Source: the human T2T-CHM13v2.0 reference genome, Homo sapiens
Assembly: GCF_009914755.1 (NCBI RefSeq)
Contig: NC_060929.1
Reading direction: 5' to 3' (one strand)
Length of the DNA stretch: 64,000 nt
Positions 42,815-60,672 of the stretch are shown in pieces. The stretch's first letter is position 1; each line of letters starts with the position of its first letter. The position numbers and the translations under genes are program-made. The notes under the pieces are model-generated. The model was given only the letters and a program-made list of their open reading frames with translations, was not told where the DNA came from and did not search any database.

Positions 42815-43024
42815 GCTGTGTCGGATTTTGGTGAGTCACTTCAGCTTCAGCAGTGCAGCCTTAGTGAAATGTGATGGGCGTCATTGGGAAGATCTCGGGA
42901 AAGAATGCCGTGAAAAGATAAGGCACTACTGTTATGCACAGAACCACTAATCTGAATTTGCGACTTTATAACTGTTACCCAAAGTTGTTGATCTGCAAAA
43001 GAGCATTGCATCAGGGAGTTTCTT

Positions 43025-43700
43025 TATTCATTCAGTCATTCATCCAACAAGTATTTGCACTGTCCCAGGCTCTGGGGACATTGTGGGGACAAATCCAGCA
43101 AAGTCCCTGTTCCCTTGGCATTTATGTCCTGGGAAAGGGAACTCATCAGACGGTCACCAAGTAAACACGTACATAAGTAGGAAAACATTAGTGCTAAGCC
43201 TCGAGGAAATTAAACCAGCTAATACAGTGCAGACTAGGAAGGAGTGGGGCTATGTTAACTGGGCGATTAGAGAAGGCCTCCTTGACAGGTGAGATTTAAA
43301 CACATCTGAATAATGAGAAAACACAAGCCATGCTAAACTGTGAGGAGAAAGTATTCTGGACAGAGGAAATAGCACGTGCAAGTGTCCTGGGGCAAGACTG
43401 AGCTTGATAAATGTGCAAGGAAGAGCAGTGTGGCCGGGCACAGTGAGCCAGGGGGCGCACCTGAGCTCAGAGAGGTGGAGGGGCTGCACAAGACAAGACC
43501 TTGTTAGCCCAGTAGAGACTTTAGATTTTATTTCTAATTACACAGAGGGAGAGTCAGTGAAGAGTAGCTGCAGGGGAGGAATGGGACTGATTTGCGATCA
43601 CCAGGACAACTGTGGGAAGAATAGATTGTAAAGGAGCCCGAGTGGGGCAGGAGAAGCCCTTAGGAGGGGATAGCAGTGGCGCTGGTGTCACTGGTGTCAG
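43025..43700 (-). mobile_element. L2 fragment
   Basis: CATTCATTC-type terminus and typical L2 purine-rich body. Confidence 0.6.
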
Positions 43701-44624
43701 TGGAGGATGGCAGCAGAACCGGGCCACGTTAGCTCTTCGTGTCAGAGAGAACGTGGGCAGTGAGGAAGACACGTGCGCGTGACTTGAGAGTTGGCAAAGT
43801 CCCACGTGCCCTACTATTTTGGGAGGAAACACAATTTACAACGCATTACTAATCTCGTTCCCTTGGAACACTTCAGCAAAGGCAAAACTTTCATGAAGTC
43901 AGAAGGAAACAAGGCCAGTTCTAATCCTGCCTAGACACACAGAACCTTCAAAAGGAAGGTATCGATTACAAAGGGAGACTGTTACCCCAATCCCCTCCCT
44001 GTCCTCTGAAGTCTCATTGAAATTCTTTGCTTATCTGAAAGGGTATGAGATCCTGCTTCAACAAGTAAGGAGTGGTATTAATACTTAGTTGCATGAAACA
44101 GACTCTAATTCTGATCAAGCGGTGCTCTAATTTGGCGGGGGCGGGAAGGGCGGTTCTGGAAGGAAAATGAGATGGAAGTGATGATGCAGGCAACTTAATT
44201 AAGAGACTGGGCGCAAAACCCAGGTGTGTGTCTGTGTTGGTTTTGTGGTGTGGAGGCAGCAGGGGGAGGGAGGAAACACTCAGTTTTCCTGCTACCAGGT
44301 CTAGAGAATTGTATCTCAGTTCCCTGTAGGGGTGGGGCCCTCCCATTCCTTCAGGGTTGGGCCAGGTCCCCTGGGCCCAGGGTCCTTTCATTCACAAAGG
44401 ACTGAAAATGGAGACAGCTGACATTATCTGAAGGCTGAACAATAGCCATAGAGCTCCACTGCCTGGTATCATAGCATTGAGCCCTGAACACCTTTCAACT
44501 TGGTACCATTATCACACCCTCTGTGGTAACCCACAAAGAATCCAATCTTCCCCTAATTCTCAACAAGAGCACAAGGATGTTACATTGTACTTTGAGGGTT
44601 AATAGCATTTATTTATTTGTTTAA

Positions 44625-44964
<340 letters not shown>

Positions 44965-47900
44965 ACAATTTGTTTATTATAAAAAAGGAAATCTCTCTTC
45001 CCCTCAACACATAGAATTGGCCTGGGCCTCTTTCCCTCACAGAGCAGTCCTGGGGTTAGCACTTTGAAAGTTAGGGGACTTAGGAGCAAGGTGTGTTCCG
45101 GCTCCCCACTCCCCCCGAATCAGTCCCCTTTCCACTCTTGGGAACACAATGGAAGCTGCCAGAAGCTGTGGCAGAACTAGCGGAGGGTGAAGGAACAGCA
45201 TTTCAGGCAGATGAGGTGGGTAGGCCCTTTCCTGACAGCCATCCCCGAGGTGTCCTCAGGGGACCATATGTCCCAGACCTGCTGCTGGCCAAATGGAATT
45301 CATGACTAGGAATATGCACCGTTTGGTTAACTGCGCTCCTGCAGCTGTTTGATGAGGGGTGGGGAGGGAGGAGCCAGTCACCTCTTTTGTGGGCTGAAAT
45401 TCCATCTCACGTCATGGATCCTGGGCTCCCAGGCTGCGCACCCCCAAGCCCGCCTGCCTCTCTCCGCTTGCGCCGCGGCTCACGGGGGTTGGAGACGCAC
45501 CTTCTCCACGTGCCGTTTTCAAAAAGCTCAGGCAGGGAGTCGTGTTTTGAGTTGAGGCTACTCACTTCACTTCTTGGTAATAATAAAAATTGAGGGAGGC
45601 GGCGTCGGGGGAAAAAAAGGGTTTCCTTCTTAAAGGGGAAGGGGGGAGATGAAAAGGGACGACTTTATCCGGGAGCTGTGACTGCCACCTGGTGGACAAT
45701 GTCAGCTGAGCAAGACAAAGGCTCCCCGCTTCCAATCAGCCCTTCCTGCATTCTTCACTCTTCTGGTCGACTGTCTCCCTCCGGGAGAAGCTCCGTGGAG
45801 GGGAAGAGAGAAACAACCATAACACAGTGTGACGGATGCTGTGATTGGCGCGGTCTCGAATAGGGGCTCAGGCTGTGGCAGCCAGAGCCACACAGCCTGG
45901 GTTTGAGTCCCTGCCCCGGGACTTCCCTGCCGTAACTTTGGCTGAGCGACTTAACCTCTCCTGTGCCTCCTCCTTCTTATCTGTAAAACGAGGCTCACGG
46001 CCCCTACCTCACAGAATTGGCAGTTCCTGTCTCCTAGGTCGTAAGGATGGAATAACGCACTCCATGTACATACCGAGCACGGGTCTGGCTCAGAGACAGG
46101 GCTCAGAAATTGGCTGGTAGCATGGAGAGAAGCCTGGAGCCACGGGAACCTCTGGATGGTGTCAGGTGCTCTGCGGCCCACGGGGGCGGGGGAAGGACTA
46201 GTGAGCAGAAACTCCTCCTCGCCTTATCAGGTGAGAGAGACAGGCATGAACACTTGAATGAACAGAAAAGGCACGTTCCGGCCCCATGGTCTCCTTGGGG
46301 AGGTAGACTTGTACACAGGTGATTATAATTTGTAATAAGCATATTCTGGGATGGGATGCAGTGCCATAGGAGCTTCCCCACCTCGGGAGTGGGCAGACTT
46401 TGGGGAAACAGTGGAGGTGGCGCACGCTGGTACTGAGGGTTGGCCCCTTGCTGCAGGTGAAGGAGATGCTGGAGATGATGTCTAAGTGTTGAGATAAGCC
46501 ACAGTCCTCTCCCCCTCTTACCAGAACACTCGAGTCCCAAGAGGCTGGTGGTGGTGGTGGTGGTGGTAGGGGGGCAGGTGCTGATATGAGGCTGAGGTGG
46601 GGGAGGGTGACAATAAACAAGTACACAGTAAATAAGAGAATTTCAGAGCATGGTAGAGACAATGTGTGAGGGAAGGCGCAAGGACAGAGCTGCTTTGGAG
46701 AGAGGGGTCCAGGATGGCAGCTCCCAAGAGGGGCCTTTAGGCTGAGATCTGCACCGTGAGAAGGTGTAAGCTGGGTGCACCCTCACTTATCAGGCTCTCG
46801 TGTCATCCTGCTGGGCATCCTGTTAGCAGCCCCGCATGCTGACTCTCGTGGAGAACAGGGAAGGCCCCAGGTGACTGGGACAGTGAGACAGCTCTGTGAC
46901 TGTTCCATATGGACAGGCCAAAACAGGGTTTTAAGGCACAGTAGCTTCAGTCTCCTCTGTTGCCTACATCTCCTCCTTCCCTGTTCTTCTGTCTAAGCGG
47001 AAGGAGTTAGTATCAGATTTGATGTCTCTCCTACCAAAATAAACACTAGATTTAAAAATATATATTTTATATTTATATAAATATATATTCAAAAGGACTG
47101 GAGAGCTACTGAGGTGGTAAGACCTTGAGGCCGGTTGTGCACAGGTCTGGGCAGAAGACAAGCACCACGGTGATGCAATATCCAGCATGACTTCTCCTCC
47201 AGACATTGGCTGATCGTGAGTGACAGCCTAGAGGCTAAGACGCTGAGCTGTAGGTGGCCTCATGGGGTGTAAGGGACAAAAATAAGACCAGGTCCAGAAA
47301 GGGCCCTGATAAACACCCTGGACTTTCAACTGGGGCATTTAAGAGCGAGAGTCTAGAGAGTAAGACCAAACAAGATATACACTAGCCTTTGTAAAGACTG
47401 AACCCAGCTATAAATCAGCTTGATCCCAGATAAGGAATTAAGATGAACTTCCTCTACCTCAGCTGCCCACCAGAAACAAAAGTAAATTCTCTCTGGAGAA
47501 TGATAACATTATCTGGAGTTTCAAATAATCTCTACAATTTTTATTACACACCATCTGGTATTTGATTTTAAAAATTTTTCCAGCATGCCAGAATTCAAAA
47601 TCCAATGACTAAAAAATAAGAGAAACAAATGGCTTCGGTTACCATAATGGTAGTTTTAAATTTTCAATAGTTTTTTGTGGAACAGGTGGTGTTTGGTTAC
47701 ATGGATAAGTGCTTTCGAGGTGATTTCTGAGATTTTGGTGCATCCATCACCCAAGCAGTGTGCACTGTTGCTGCTACACCTGAGCAGTGTAGTAGACTAC
47801 CCAATGTGTAGTATTTTACCCCTCACCCTCACTCCCACCCTTTCCCCTGAGTTCCCAAAGTGCACTGTATCATTCTCATCCTCCATCCTCATAGCTTAGC

Positions 47901-48046
47901 TCCAATTTATAAGTGAGAACATACAATGTTTGGTTTTCCATTCCTGAGTTACTTCACTTAGAATAATGGTCTCCAACTCCATCTAGGTTGCTGTGAATGC
48001 ATTATTTTATTCCTTTTTATGGCTGAGTAGTATTCCATGGTGTGTG

Positions 48047-48052
<6 letters not shown>

Positions 48053-48084
<32 letters not shown>
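48053..48084. repeat. (TA)n microsatellite inside the L1PB
   Basis: About 16 TA units preceded by a short (TG)n. Confidence 0.95.
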
Positions 48085-48087
<3 letters not shown>

Positions 48088-48294
48088 TTTCTTTATCCAC
48101 TCGTTGCTGAATGGACATTTGGACTGGTTCCATATTTTTGCAATTGCAAATTGTATGGCTATAAACATGCATGTGCAAGTGTCTTTTTTTTTTTTTTTTT
48201 AAATAAAATGACTTCTTTTCCTTTGGGAAAATACACAGTAGTGGGATTGCTGGATCAAATGGTAGATCTACTTTTGGTTCTTTAAGAAATCTCC

Positions 48295-48391
48295 CAACAT
48301 GGCACATATATACATATGTAACAAACCTGCACGTTGTGCACATGTACCCTAAAACTTAAAAAACTTAAAGTATAATAATAATAAAATTAAA
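48295..48391 (+). mobile_element. ~97-bp 5'-truncated L1PA 3' end inserted in the L1PB
   Basis: AACCTGCACGTTGTGCACATGTACCCTAAAACTTAAA plus A-rich tail; TSD AAGAAATCTCC at 48284-48294 and 48392-48402. Confidence 0.88.
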
Positions 48392-49834
48392 AAGAAATCT
48401 CCACGCTGTTTTCCATAGTGGTTGTACTAGTTTATATCCCCAACAGCAATGTGAAAGGCTTCCCTTTCCACCACATCCACAGCAACATTACCTATTTTTT
48501 AATTATGGCTATTCTCGCAGGAGTAAGGTGTTGGCGCATTGTGGTTCTGATTTGCAGTTCCCTGATCATTAGTGATGTTGAGCATTTTTTTGTGTTTGTT
48601 GGCCATTTGTATATCTTCTTTTGAGAATTTTTTCTTCATGTCTTTAGCCCACTTTTTGATGGGATTATTTGTTTTGTTTTTCTTGCTGATTTGAGTTTCT
48701 TGTAGATTCCAGATATTAGTCCTTTGTTGGAAGTATAGATTGTAAAGATTTTCTCCCACTCTGTGGGTTGTCTGCTTACTCTGCTGATTATTTCTTTCTT
48801 TTTAGTTTAATTAAGTACCATCTATTTACCTTTGTTGCATTTGTTTTAGGGTTCTTCGTCATGAAGTCTTTGCTTAAGCCAAAGTCTAGAAGGGTTTTTC
48901 CAATGTTATCTTCTAAAATATTTATGGTTCCAGGTCTTAGATTTAAGTCCTTGATCCATCTTGAGTTGATTTTTGTATAAGGTGAGAGATGAGGATCCAA
49001 TTTCATTCTTCCACCTGTGGCTTGCCAATTATCCCAGCACCATTTGTTGAATAGGATGTCCTTTCCCCACTTTATGTTTTTGTTTGCTTTGTCAAAGATC
49101 AGCTGGCTGTATTTGACTTTATTTCTGAGTTCTCTATTCTGTTCTGTTGGTCTATGTGCCTATTTTTATACCAGAGTACCATGCTGTTTTGGTGACTATA
49201 TGCTTATAGTATAGCTTGAAGTTGGAAAATGTGATGCCTCCAGATTTTTTTTTTTTTTTTGCTTAGTCTTGTTTTGGCTATGTGAACTTTTTTTTTTTTT
49301 TTTGGTCCCATATGAATTGTAGGGTTGCTTTTTCTAGTTCTGTGAAGAATGATGATGGTAATTTGATGGGAATTGCATTGAATTTGGCAGTATGGTCATT
49401 TTCACAATGTTTTTGGCAGTATGGTCATTTTCACAATATTGATTCTACTCATCCATGAGCATGTGATGTGTTTCCATTTGTTTGTGCCACCTGTGATTTC
49501 TTTCAGCAGCATTTTGTAGTTTTCCTTGTAGAGGTCTTTCGCCTCCTTGGTTAGGTGTTAGGTGTATGCCTAAGAATTTTATTATTATTATTATTTTTTG
49601 CAGCGATTGTAAAAGGGGTTGAGTTCTTGTTCTGATTCTCAGCTTGGTCGCTGTTGGTGTATAGCAGTGCTATTAATTTGTGTACATTGGCTTTGTATCC
49701 TGAAACTTTACCGAATTCATTTATCAGATCTAGGTGCTTGTTGGATGAGTCTTTAGGGTTTTCTAGGTATATGATCATATTATTGGCAAAGAGTGACAAT
49801 TTGATTTCTCCTTTACCAATTTGGATGCCCTTTA

Positions 49835-49939
<105 letters not shown>

Positions 49940-50455
49940 TTAACTTTCCCCCATTCAGTATAATGTTGGCTGTAAGTTTGTCATCGATGGCTTTTATTAC
50001 GTTAAGGTATGTCCCTTCTATGTCGATTTTGCTGAGGGTTTTAATCATAAAGTGACGCTGGATTTTGTCAAATGCTTTTTCTGTGTCTATTGAGATGATC
50101 GTGTGATTTTTATTTTTAATTCTGTTTATGTGGTGCATCACATTTATTGACTTGTGTATGTTAAACTATCCCTGCATCCCTGGTATGAAACCCACTTGAT
50201 CATGATGGATTATCTTGTTGATATGTTGTTGGATTCGGTTAGCTAGTATTTTGTTGAGGAATTTTGCATCTATGTTTATCAGGAATATTGGTCTGTAGTT
50301 TTCTTTTTTTATTATGTCCTTTCCTGGTTTTGGTGTTAGGGTAATACTGGCCTCATAGAATGATTTAGGGAGCATTCCCTCTTTCTCTATGTTTTGGAAT
50401 AGTGTCAATAGTATTGGTACCAATTCTTTGAATGTCTGATAGAATTCAGCTGTGA

Positions 50456-50872
<417 letters not shown>

Positions 50873-53800
50873 TAATCTAGTAGGGTTGTATATTGCAGGA
50901 ATTTATCCATCTCCTCTAGGTTTTCTGGTTTGTGCACATAAAGGTGTTCATAGCAGCCTTGAATGATCTTTTGTATTTCTGTGGTATAGGCTGTAATATC
51001 TTCCATTTCTTTTCTAATTGAACTTATTTGGATCTTCTCTCTTCTTGGTTAATGTCATTAAAGGTCTATCAATTTTGTTTATCTTTTCAAAGAACCAGCT
51101 TTTTGTTTCATTTATCTTTTGTATTTTTTTTGTTTCAATTTCATGTAGTTGTGCTCTGATTTTTGTTATTTCTTTTCTTCCACTGTGTTTGGGTTTAGTT
51201 TGTTCTTGTTTCTATAGTTCCTTAAGGTGACCTTAGATTGCCTATTTGTGCTCTTTCAGACTTTTTGATGTAGGTGTTTAATGCTATGAACTTTCCTCTT
51301 AGCACCACTTTTGCTGTAATCCCAGACGATTTCATAGGTTGTGTTACTATTATCATTCAGTGCAAAAAAGGTTTAATTTCTATCTTCATTTGATTGTTGA
51401 CTCAATGATCATTCAGGAGCAGATTATTTAATTTCCATGTATTTGCATGGTTTTGAGGGTTCCTTTCGGAGTTTCTAATTTTATTTCACTGTGGTCTGAG
51501 AGAGCACTTGATATAATTTTGATTTTCTTAAATTTATTGAGACTTGTTTTGTGGCCAATCATATGGTCTACTTTGAAGAATGTTCCATGTGCTGATGAAT
51601 ATAATGTGTATATTCTGCAGCTGTTGGGAAGAATGTTCTGTAAATATCTGTTAAGTCCATTTGTTCTAGGGTATAGTTTAAGTCTGTTGTTTCTTTGTTG
51701 ACTTTATGTCTTGATGACGTGTCTAGTGTTGTCAGTGGAGTATTCAAGTCCCCCACTACTGTTGTGTTGCCATCTGTCTCATTTCTTAGGTCTAGTAGTA
51801 ATTATTTATAAATTTGGGAGCTCCAGTGTTAGGTGCATATATATCTAAAATTGTGATATTTTCCTTTTGGACTAGTCCTTTTATTATTATATAATGCCCC
51901 TCTTTGTCTTTTTTAATTGTTTAAAAGTCTGTCTTGTCTAATATAAGAATAGCTACTCCTGCTCACTTTTGGTGTCCATTCGCGTGGAATATCTTTTTCC
52001 ACTCCTTTACCTTAAGTTTATGTGAGTCCTTATGTATTAGGTGAGTCTCTTGAAGACAGTAGATACTTGGTTGGTTAATTCTTACCCATTCTGCCATTCT
52101 GTATCTTTTATTGGAGCATTTAGGCTATTTACATTCAATGTTAATATTGGGGTGTGAGGTACTATTCTATTCATTATGCTAGTTGTTGCCTGAATACCTT
52201 GGTTTTTCTTTGTGTTACTGTTTATAGGCCCTGTGAGATTTATGCTTTAAGGAGGTTCTATTTTGGCATATTTTGAGGTTTTGTTTCAAGATTTAGAACT
52301 CCTTTTTGTACTTCTTGTACTGCTGGCTTGGTAGTGGCAAATTCTCTTTGCATTTGTTTGTCTGAAAAATACCTTTCCTTCATTTATGAAGCTTAGTTTT
52401 GCCGGATACAAAATTCTTGGCTGATATTTGTTTCGTTTAAGGAGGCTAAAGGTAGGAAGGACCCCAATCCCTTCTAGCTTGTAGGGTTTCTGCTGAGAAA
52501 TCTGCTGTTAATCTGATAGGTTTCCCTTTGTAGGTTACCTGATGCTTTTTGCCTCACAGCACTTAAGATTATTTCCTTCATCGTGACTTTAGATAACCTG
52601 ATGATTATGTGCCTAGGTGATCTTTTTGCGATGAATTTCTCAAGTGTTCTTTGAGCTTCTTGTATTTGGATGTCTAGATCCCTGGCAAGGCCAGGGAAGT
52701 TTTCCTTGATTATTCCCTCAAATATGTTTTCCAAACTTTTGGATTTCTCTTCTTCCTCGGGAACACCAATTATTCTTAGATTTGGTCATTTAACATCAGC
52801 TCAAACTTCTTGGAGGCTTTGTCCAGTTTTAAAGAATTCTTTTTTCTTTGTTTTTGTCAGATTGGGTTAATTTGAAAGCCCTATCTTCGAGTTCTGAAGT
52901 TCTTTCTCCTACTTGTTTGATTCTCTTGTTGAGACTTTCCAGTGGATTTTGCATTTCTTTGTGTCTTTCATTTCCAGAAGCTGTGATTGTTTTTTATTTA
53001 TGCTATTTCTCTGGAGATTTTTTTATCCATATCTTGTATTATTTAAAGAATTTTTTTAAGTTGGTTTTCACCTTTCTTTGGTGCCTCCTTGAGTAGCTCA
53101 GTAATTGACCTTCTGAATTCTTTTTCTGGCAATTCAGAGATTTCTTCTTGGTTTGGATCCATTGCTGGTGAGTTAGTGTGACCTTTGGGGGGCATTAAAA
53201 AACTCTGTTTTGTCATATGACCAGAATTGTTTTTCTGGTTCCTTCTTACTTGAGTAGACTATGTCAAAGGGAAGATATGGGGCTCAAGGGCTGCTGTTCA
53301 GATTCTTTGGTCCCATGGACCCTTAATGTGGTATTCTCTTCTCTCCCCTAGGGATGGGGCTTTCTGAGAGCCACACTGCAGTAAATGTTTTTGCTCTTCT
53401 GGGTCTAGCCACCCAGCTGAGCTACCAGGCTCAGTGTCTGCAAAGAGTCCTGTGATGTGATCCATCTTCAAGTCTCTCAGCTGTGGATACCAGCTCCTGC
53501 TCTGGTGAGGGTCCTTGGTGAGGATCCTTAGCTGTAGTTTTGTTTAGTGTGCTAGCTTTCTTGAATGCTGGTTGCATTAGCAGTGAAGTTGTCACATGGA
53601 CAGACTCAAGACTTCTGGTTATCCAGGATGTTGCAGACAGTGGAATTAGCTGTTGTCTTCTCCCTTCTTGGAGAAGGGTTTTTATGAGTTGCCATGACAG
53701 CATGAGTTGGTTGGCCACCAGCCAGGAGGTGGCACTTTCAAGACAGCATCAGCTGTAGTAGTATGGGGAGAATACAAGCTTGCCCTAAACACCTGGATAA

Positions 53801-54821
53801 GTATTCGGGTTTCTCAGGCGATGGGCAGGGTCAAAGAGATCCCACGAGTTAAGGTCTTTTGTCTTCAGCTACCAGGGTGAGTAGAGAAAAACAATCAGGT
53901 GGGGGCAGGGCTGGTGTGTCTGAGCTTAAAGCTTTTCTTGGGCAGGGGCTTGCTGTGGCTGCTGTGGGGATTGAGTGTAGGTCTCAGGCCAATGGAGTTA
54001 TGTTCCCAGGGGGATTAAGGCTACCTCTGCCGCATCATACAGGTTGCCAGGGAAGTCAGGGAAAGCTGGCCATGACAGGCCTCAGCTCCCACGCAGCCAG
54101 CAAGGCCAGTCTCACTCCCTCCATGCCCCACCAACAACACACAAAGTTTATATCCAGTCATCCAGTGAGCAGGGCTGAGATCTTGCCCCAGACTACAAGC
54201 CTCTCCACTAAGAAAACAAGCAGGGCTTTGAGGCTTTGCCCTTCTCTGCTTGCTGCAGCTTCTGTGCTCACATCTGCACTTCCCATTTGCCCTCCTCCTC
54301 CCTGCTTGATTCTGCCCTGGAAAATTCATGCTTGGTCAAAATTATGACAAAGTTCAGCTGGATGTTTCCTTCTCCCTGTGGTCCTTCCCCAATTCCACTG
54401 GCAGCCCTCCCCAAGGACCCCATGAGAGAAAGTCAGAAATGGCTTCTCGGGGAACCAGGAGTACCTTGAGGGCTCTTTCTGCTGCTTCTTCTACTTTCAT
54501 ATTTTGCTCAGGTCCCTAAATTCATTCCAGCTCTAGGTAAGGTTATATCCTTTTCCTGCGATCTCGATTTTCAGGTTTCCCAGTGAGGATGTGTGTTTAG
54601 AGGTGGACTGCCTCCCTCTCACACGTTGGGCACTCACAGTTTTTCGGCCGTCTCACAGTTTGCAGCAGCAAGCCGCTTCTTTTGAATTCTCTGTTTTCCT
54701 GGTATGTTCCTGCAGTAGTTCTTGGAGCAAAAGTTCGTGATGTGAGTCTCCACATGCTGCTCTGTTCATCTGAGTGGGAGCTGCAAGTTAGTCCTGCCTG
54801 CTACTTGCCATTTTTTCCCCA

Positions 54822-57020
54822 GTAGGTCTTATTCTATGTGTTCCATAATAGTATTGACAATAACTCTGATTAACATATTCTAGAAAATATTCTGAAGCAA
54901 TTCTGAATAAGAAAACTTAGCAAAATGGAAATGGAAATTCCAGCAGTGGAAAATATAACTGAAATTAAGAACTTAGGCTAGGCGTGGTGGCTCACACCTG
55001 TAATCCCAGCACTTTGGGAGGCAAAAGCAGGAGACTACTTGAGCCTAGGAGTTCAAACCTAGCAACAAAGTGAAACCCTGTTTCTACAAAAAATCAAAAA
55101 TTAAGCCAGGTATGGTGGCACGTGCCTATGGTCCCACTACACAGGAGGCAGGGGTTGGAGGGTTACTTCAGTCCAGGAGTTCGAGGCTGCAGTGAGCCAT
55201 GATCATGCCAGCCTAGGCGACAGACAAGACCCTGTCTCAAAAACAAAACAAAACAAAACTACTTAATAGAGGGTTTAATAGTAGGTTAGATAGTGCTGAA
55301 GAGAGGATTAGTGAACTGGTATATAAATCAGTAGAAAATAATCAGACAGAAGCATTAAGAGAAAGAAGTGTGGAAACTACAGAAGAGCAGAAGAGATCTA
55401 TGGAGCAGAGTAAAAAGATTTAACATATGTGTAGTGGAGTCTCAGAAAAGAAGACAAAGAATGGAACAGAGGCAATAGCCAAAGAAATAATGTCCTAGAA
55501 TTTACCAAAGCTGACAAGTGCTATCAAGTTGCACATTCAAGAAGCACCAATAAGCCCAAACAGAGTAGAGACAAAAACCCCACACCTAGGCACTTCATGG
55601 TGAAACTGTTGAAAAGCAATGAAAAAAGAAAATCTGAAAAACATGCAGAGGAAAAAAGACACATTACTTTGTAAAGGGCAGTAATATGACTAATAGCTGA
55701 CTTCTCAAAAGCAATATCAGAAACAAGAAGACAATAGAATATCTTCAAAGTGCTGAAAAAAAATAGTTGGCAACATGAATTCAATACCCAGCAGAAATAT
55801 ATATATACAGTTTAAAATGAATGAAATGGAAAAAAGATGAATGAACAGCAATGGAAAGAGTAAATATATTAGTAAACCTAAATGAAGCCTGACTGTATAA
55901 AACATAGTAATACTGATGTCTCATGATGCTTAGAATATACTATAAAATTACCAAAAACTCTATATGTGCTTACATAAAACATAGGGAGGAAGAAAAGTTG
56001 AGAGTCAAGTCACCAAAATGGCAGAGTAGAAGCAATCTGGCCTCCCTCTCCCCCACAGAAAACTAAAACCAATATCAGTGCAAAGGTTATCACCAGCAAT
56101 ATCCTAGAACTCAAATATGAAGCAGAAATGATCCCCAAGGCCTCAGAGAAGTAAAAAGCCTCCAATTGGAGGGTAAGAGAAATGGACTTCTTTATCCTTG
56201 ATGATCGTGCCCCAAGCTGCCAGTCACCACACAGAAAACTGCCCTTAGAATCATTTTTGCTGTTTTCTTTTTCAGAATTTCTTCAGAATATTTTGTAGAA
56301 TATGTTGATGAGAGTTATTGTCAATATTATTATAGGACACATAAAAAAAGACCTACTGGGGGAAAATGGCAGATAGAAGGCAGGACTAATTTGCAGCTCC
56401 CACTCAGACGAAGAGAACAGCATGTGGAGACTCACATCATGAACTTTTGCTCCACTGGTGACAGTGAGGTGGATGCCAGCTTTCCCATTATCCTGGGTTC
56501 CTGCATCAACCTATAGGAAGCGTTGTGAGTGCCTGAAGGGAGAAAAACCCCTGAGGGCAGCTTGAGACTAAGAAGGGAGGATGGCAGTTCAGTGGCTCTC
56601 CAGCAGCACCACGCTATGGGAGGCATGCTCCACAGGTCCCTGGGTACGACCCCCTACCAGCCTTCCCACATGGCTAGGGTGTTTCATTTGGGACCTCACC
56701 ACCCTCCATCCAAGTCTGGCAGCACTACTGTTTGTGAAAGTGAGGCAAACCTGGGCTTAAGAGGCCATCTAGTGTGGAAAAGGAGGCAGTGTCCTAGTGG
56801 AAACAGCATTCAACAGGTGGACTGCAAAGAATCTAAGCAAACATACCCTAGAAAGACAAAAACAAGCTGGATGTGAAGACTGGAAAATATAACCTTTCAT
56901 GCAAAGATATGGACGCACATCCACAAGAAACAACAGCAAACCGGGAACCATGACCTTCTCAGATAGACAAAGCAAAGTGCCAGTTACCAATCCTAATGAG
57001 ACAGTGATGTGTTTCTGTGA
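54822..57020 (+). mobile_element. Old L1M fragments (ORF1 and 5' region), interrupted by an AluJ (54977-55260)
   Basis: A-rich degenerate ORF1-like sequence (GAAGAGAGGATTAGTGAACTGG, ATAGCTGACTTCTCA). Confidence 0.7.
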
Positions 57021-57692
57021 GGTATTTTTTTTTCTTAGTGAGATTAACATTTAAGCTAGTAGACTCGGAGTAAAGTAGATAACCCTCCAAAATATAAGTG
57101 AGCCTTATCCAATCATTTGAAGGCCTGTGTATTAGTCCATTCTCATACTGCTCATACAGATATATCCAAGACTGGGTAATTTATAAAAGAAAGAGGTTTA
57201 ATTGACTCACCGTTTGGCATGGCTGGAGAGGCCTCAGGAAACTTACAATCATGGTGGAAGTGGAAACAAACATGTCCTTCTTCACATGACAGCAGCAAAG
57301 AGAAGTGCTGAGCAAAAGGGGGAAAAGCTTCTGATAAAACCATCAGATCTTGTGAGAACTCACTCACTATCATGAGAAAAGCAGCATGGGGATAACTGCC
57401 CCCACAATTCAGTTACTTCCCACTGGGTCTCTCCCACAACATGTGGGGATCATGGGAACTACAATTCAAGACGAGACTGGGTGGGGACACAGCCAAACCA
57501 TATCAGCCTGGAAGAAAAGACTGGGCTCACTTGAAGAGGGGGGAATTCTGCCAGCAGAGGACCTTTAGACTGGAACTGCAGCATCAACAACTCTTCCCTA
57601 GATCTCTTAGCTTGCTGGTGTACCTTGTAGTTTCTCTCTCTCTCTCACGCCACAGTCTTTTGTTTCTGCTTCTCTGGAAAACCCTAATATAC
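57010..57692 (+). mobile_element. MLT2 (ERVL) LTR split by the THE1
   Basis: GAGATTAACATTT...CCAATCATTTGAAGGCCTG then GAATTCTGCC...CTGGAAAACCCTAATATACA. Confidence 0.7.
57128..57505 (-). mobile_element. THE1 (MaLR) solo LTR nested in an MLT2 LTR
   Basis: TGTATTAGTCCATTCTC...CCAAACCATATCA; 5-bp TSD GCCTG at 57123-57127 and 57506-57510. Confidence 0.9.
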
Positions 57693-58028
57693 ATATCCAT
57701 GAGAACAGCTAACATGAAGATGACAATGCCAAGTGGAGGTGAACAAGTGGAGCAAGTGGAATCCTCATACTTGGCTGGAGGAGTGTAAATTGGTACAACC
57801 ATTTTGGATACCTGTTTGTCAGCAGCACCTAAAGCTGAACGTATGAACACCCTAAGCAACTCCACACTAACATATATAGCCTATAACCTGTTTCCACAAA
57901 GGGTATGTATGAGATTCTTCTTAGTCCCACTAATAATGAACCAAACTGGAAACAACTAAATGTCCATCAATAAGTGGAAAGGATAAAAATAAATGGTGAC
58001 ATATTCAAATGATACACAAACTTCTACA

Positions 58029-58969
<941 letters not shown>

Positions 58970-59018
58970 ACAATAACATGCATCTCACTGATACAACTTG
59001 AGTGAAAGAAGTAAATTA

Positions 59019-60672
<1,654 letters not shown>

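Noticed and set aside
42628-43140. Apparent ~110-bp duplication (42630-42745 versus 43025-43135)
   Set aside because: Both look like L2 termini, so shared ancestry explains the similarity.
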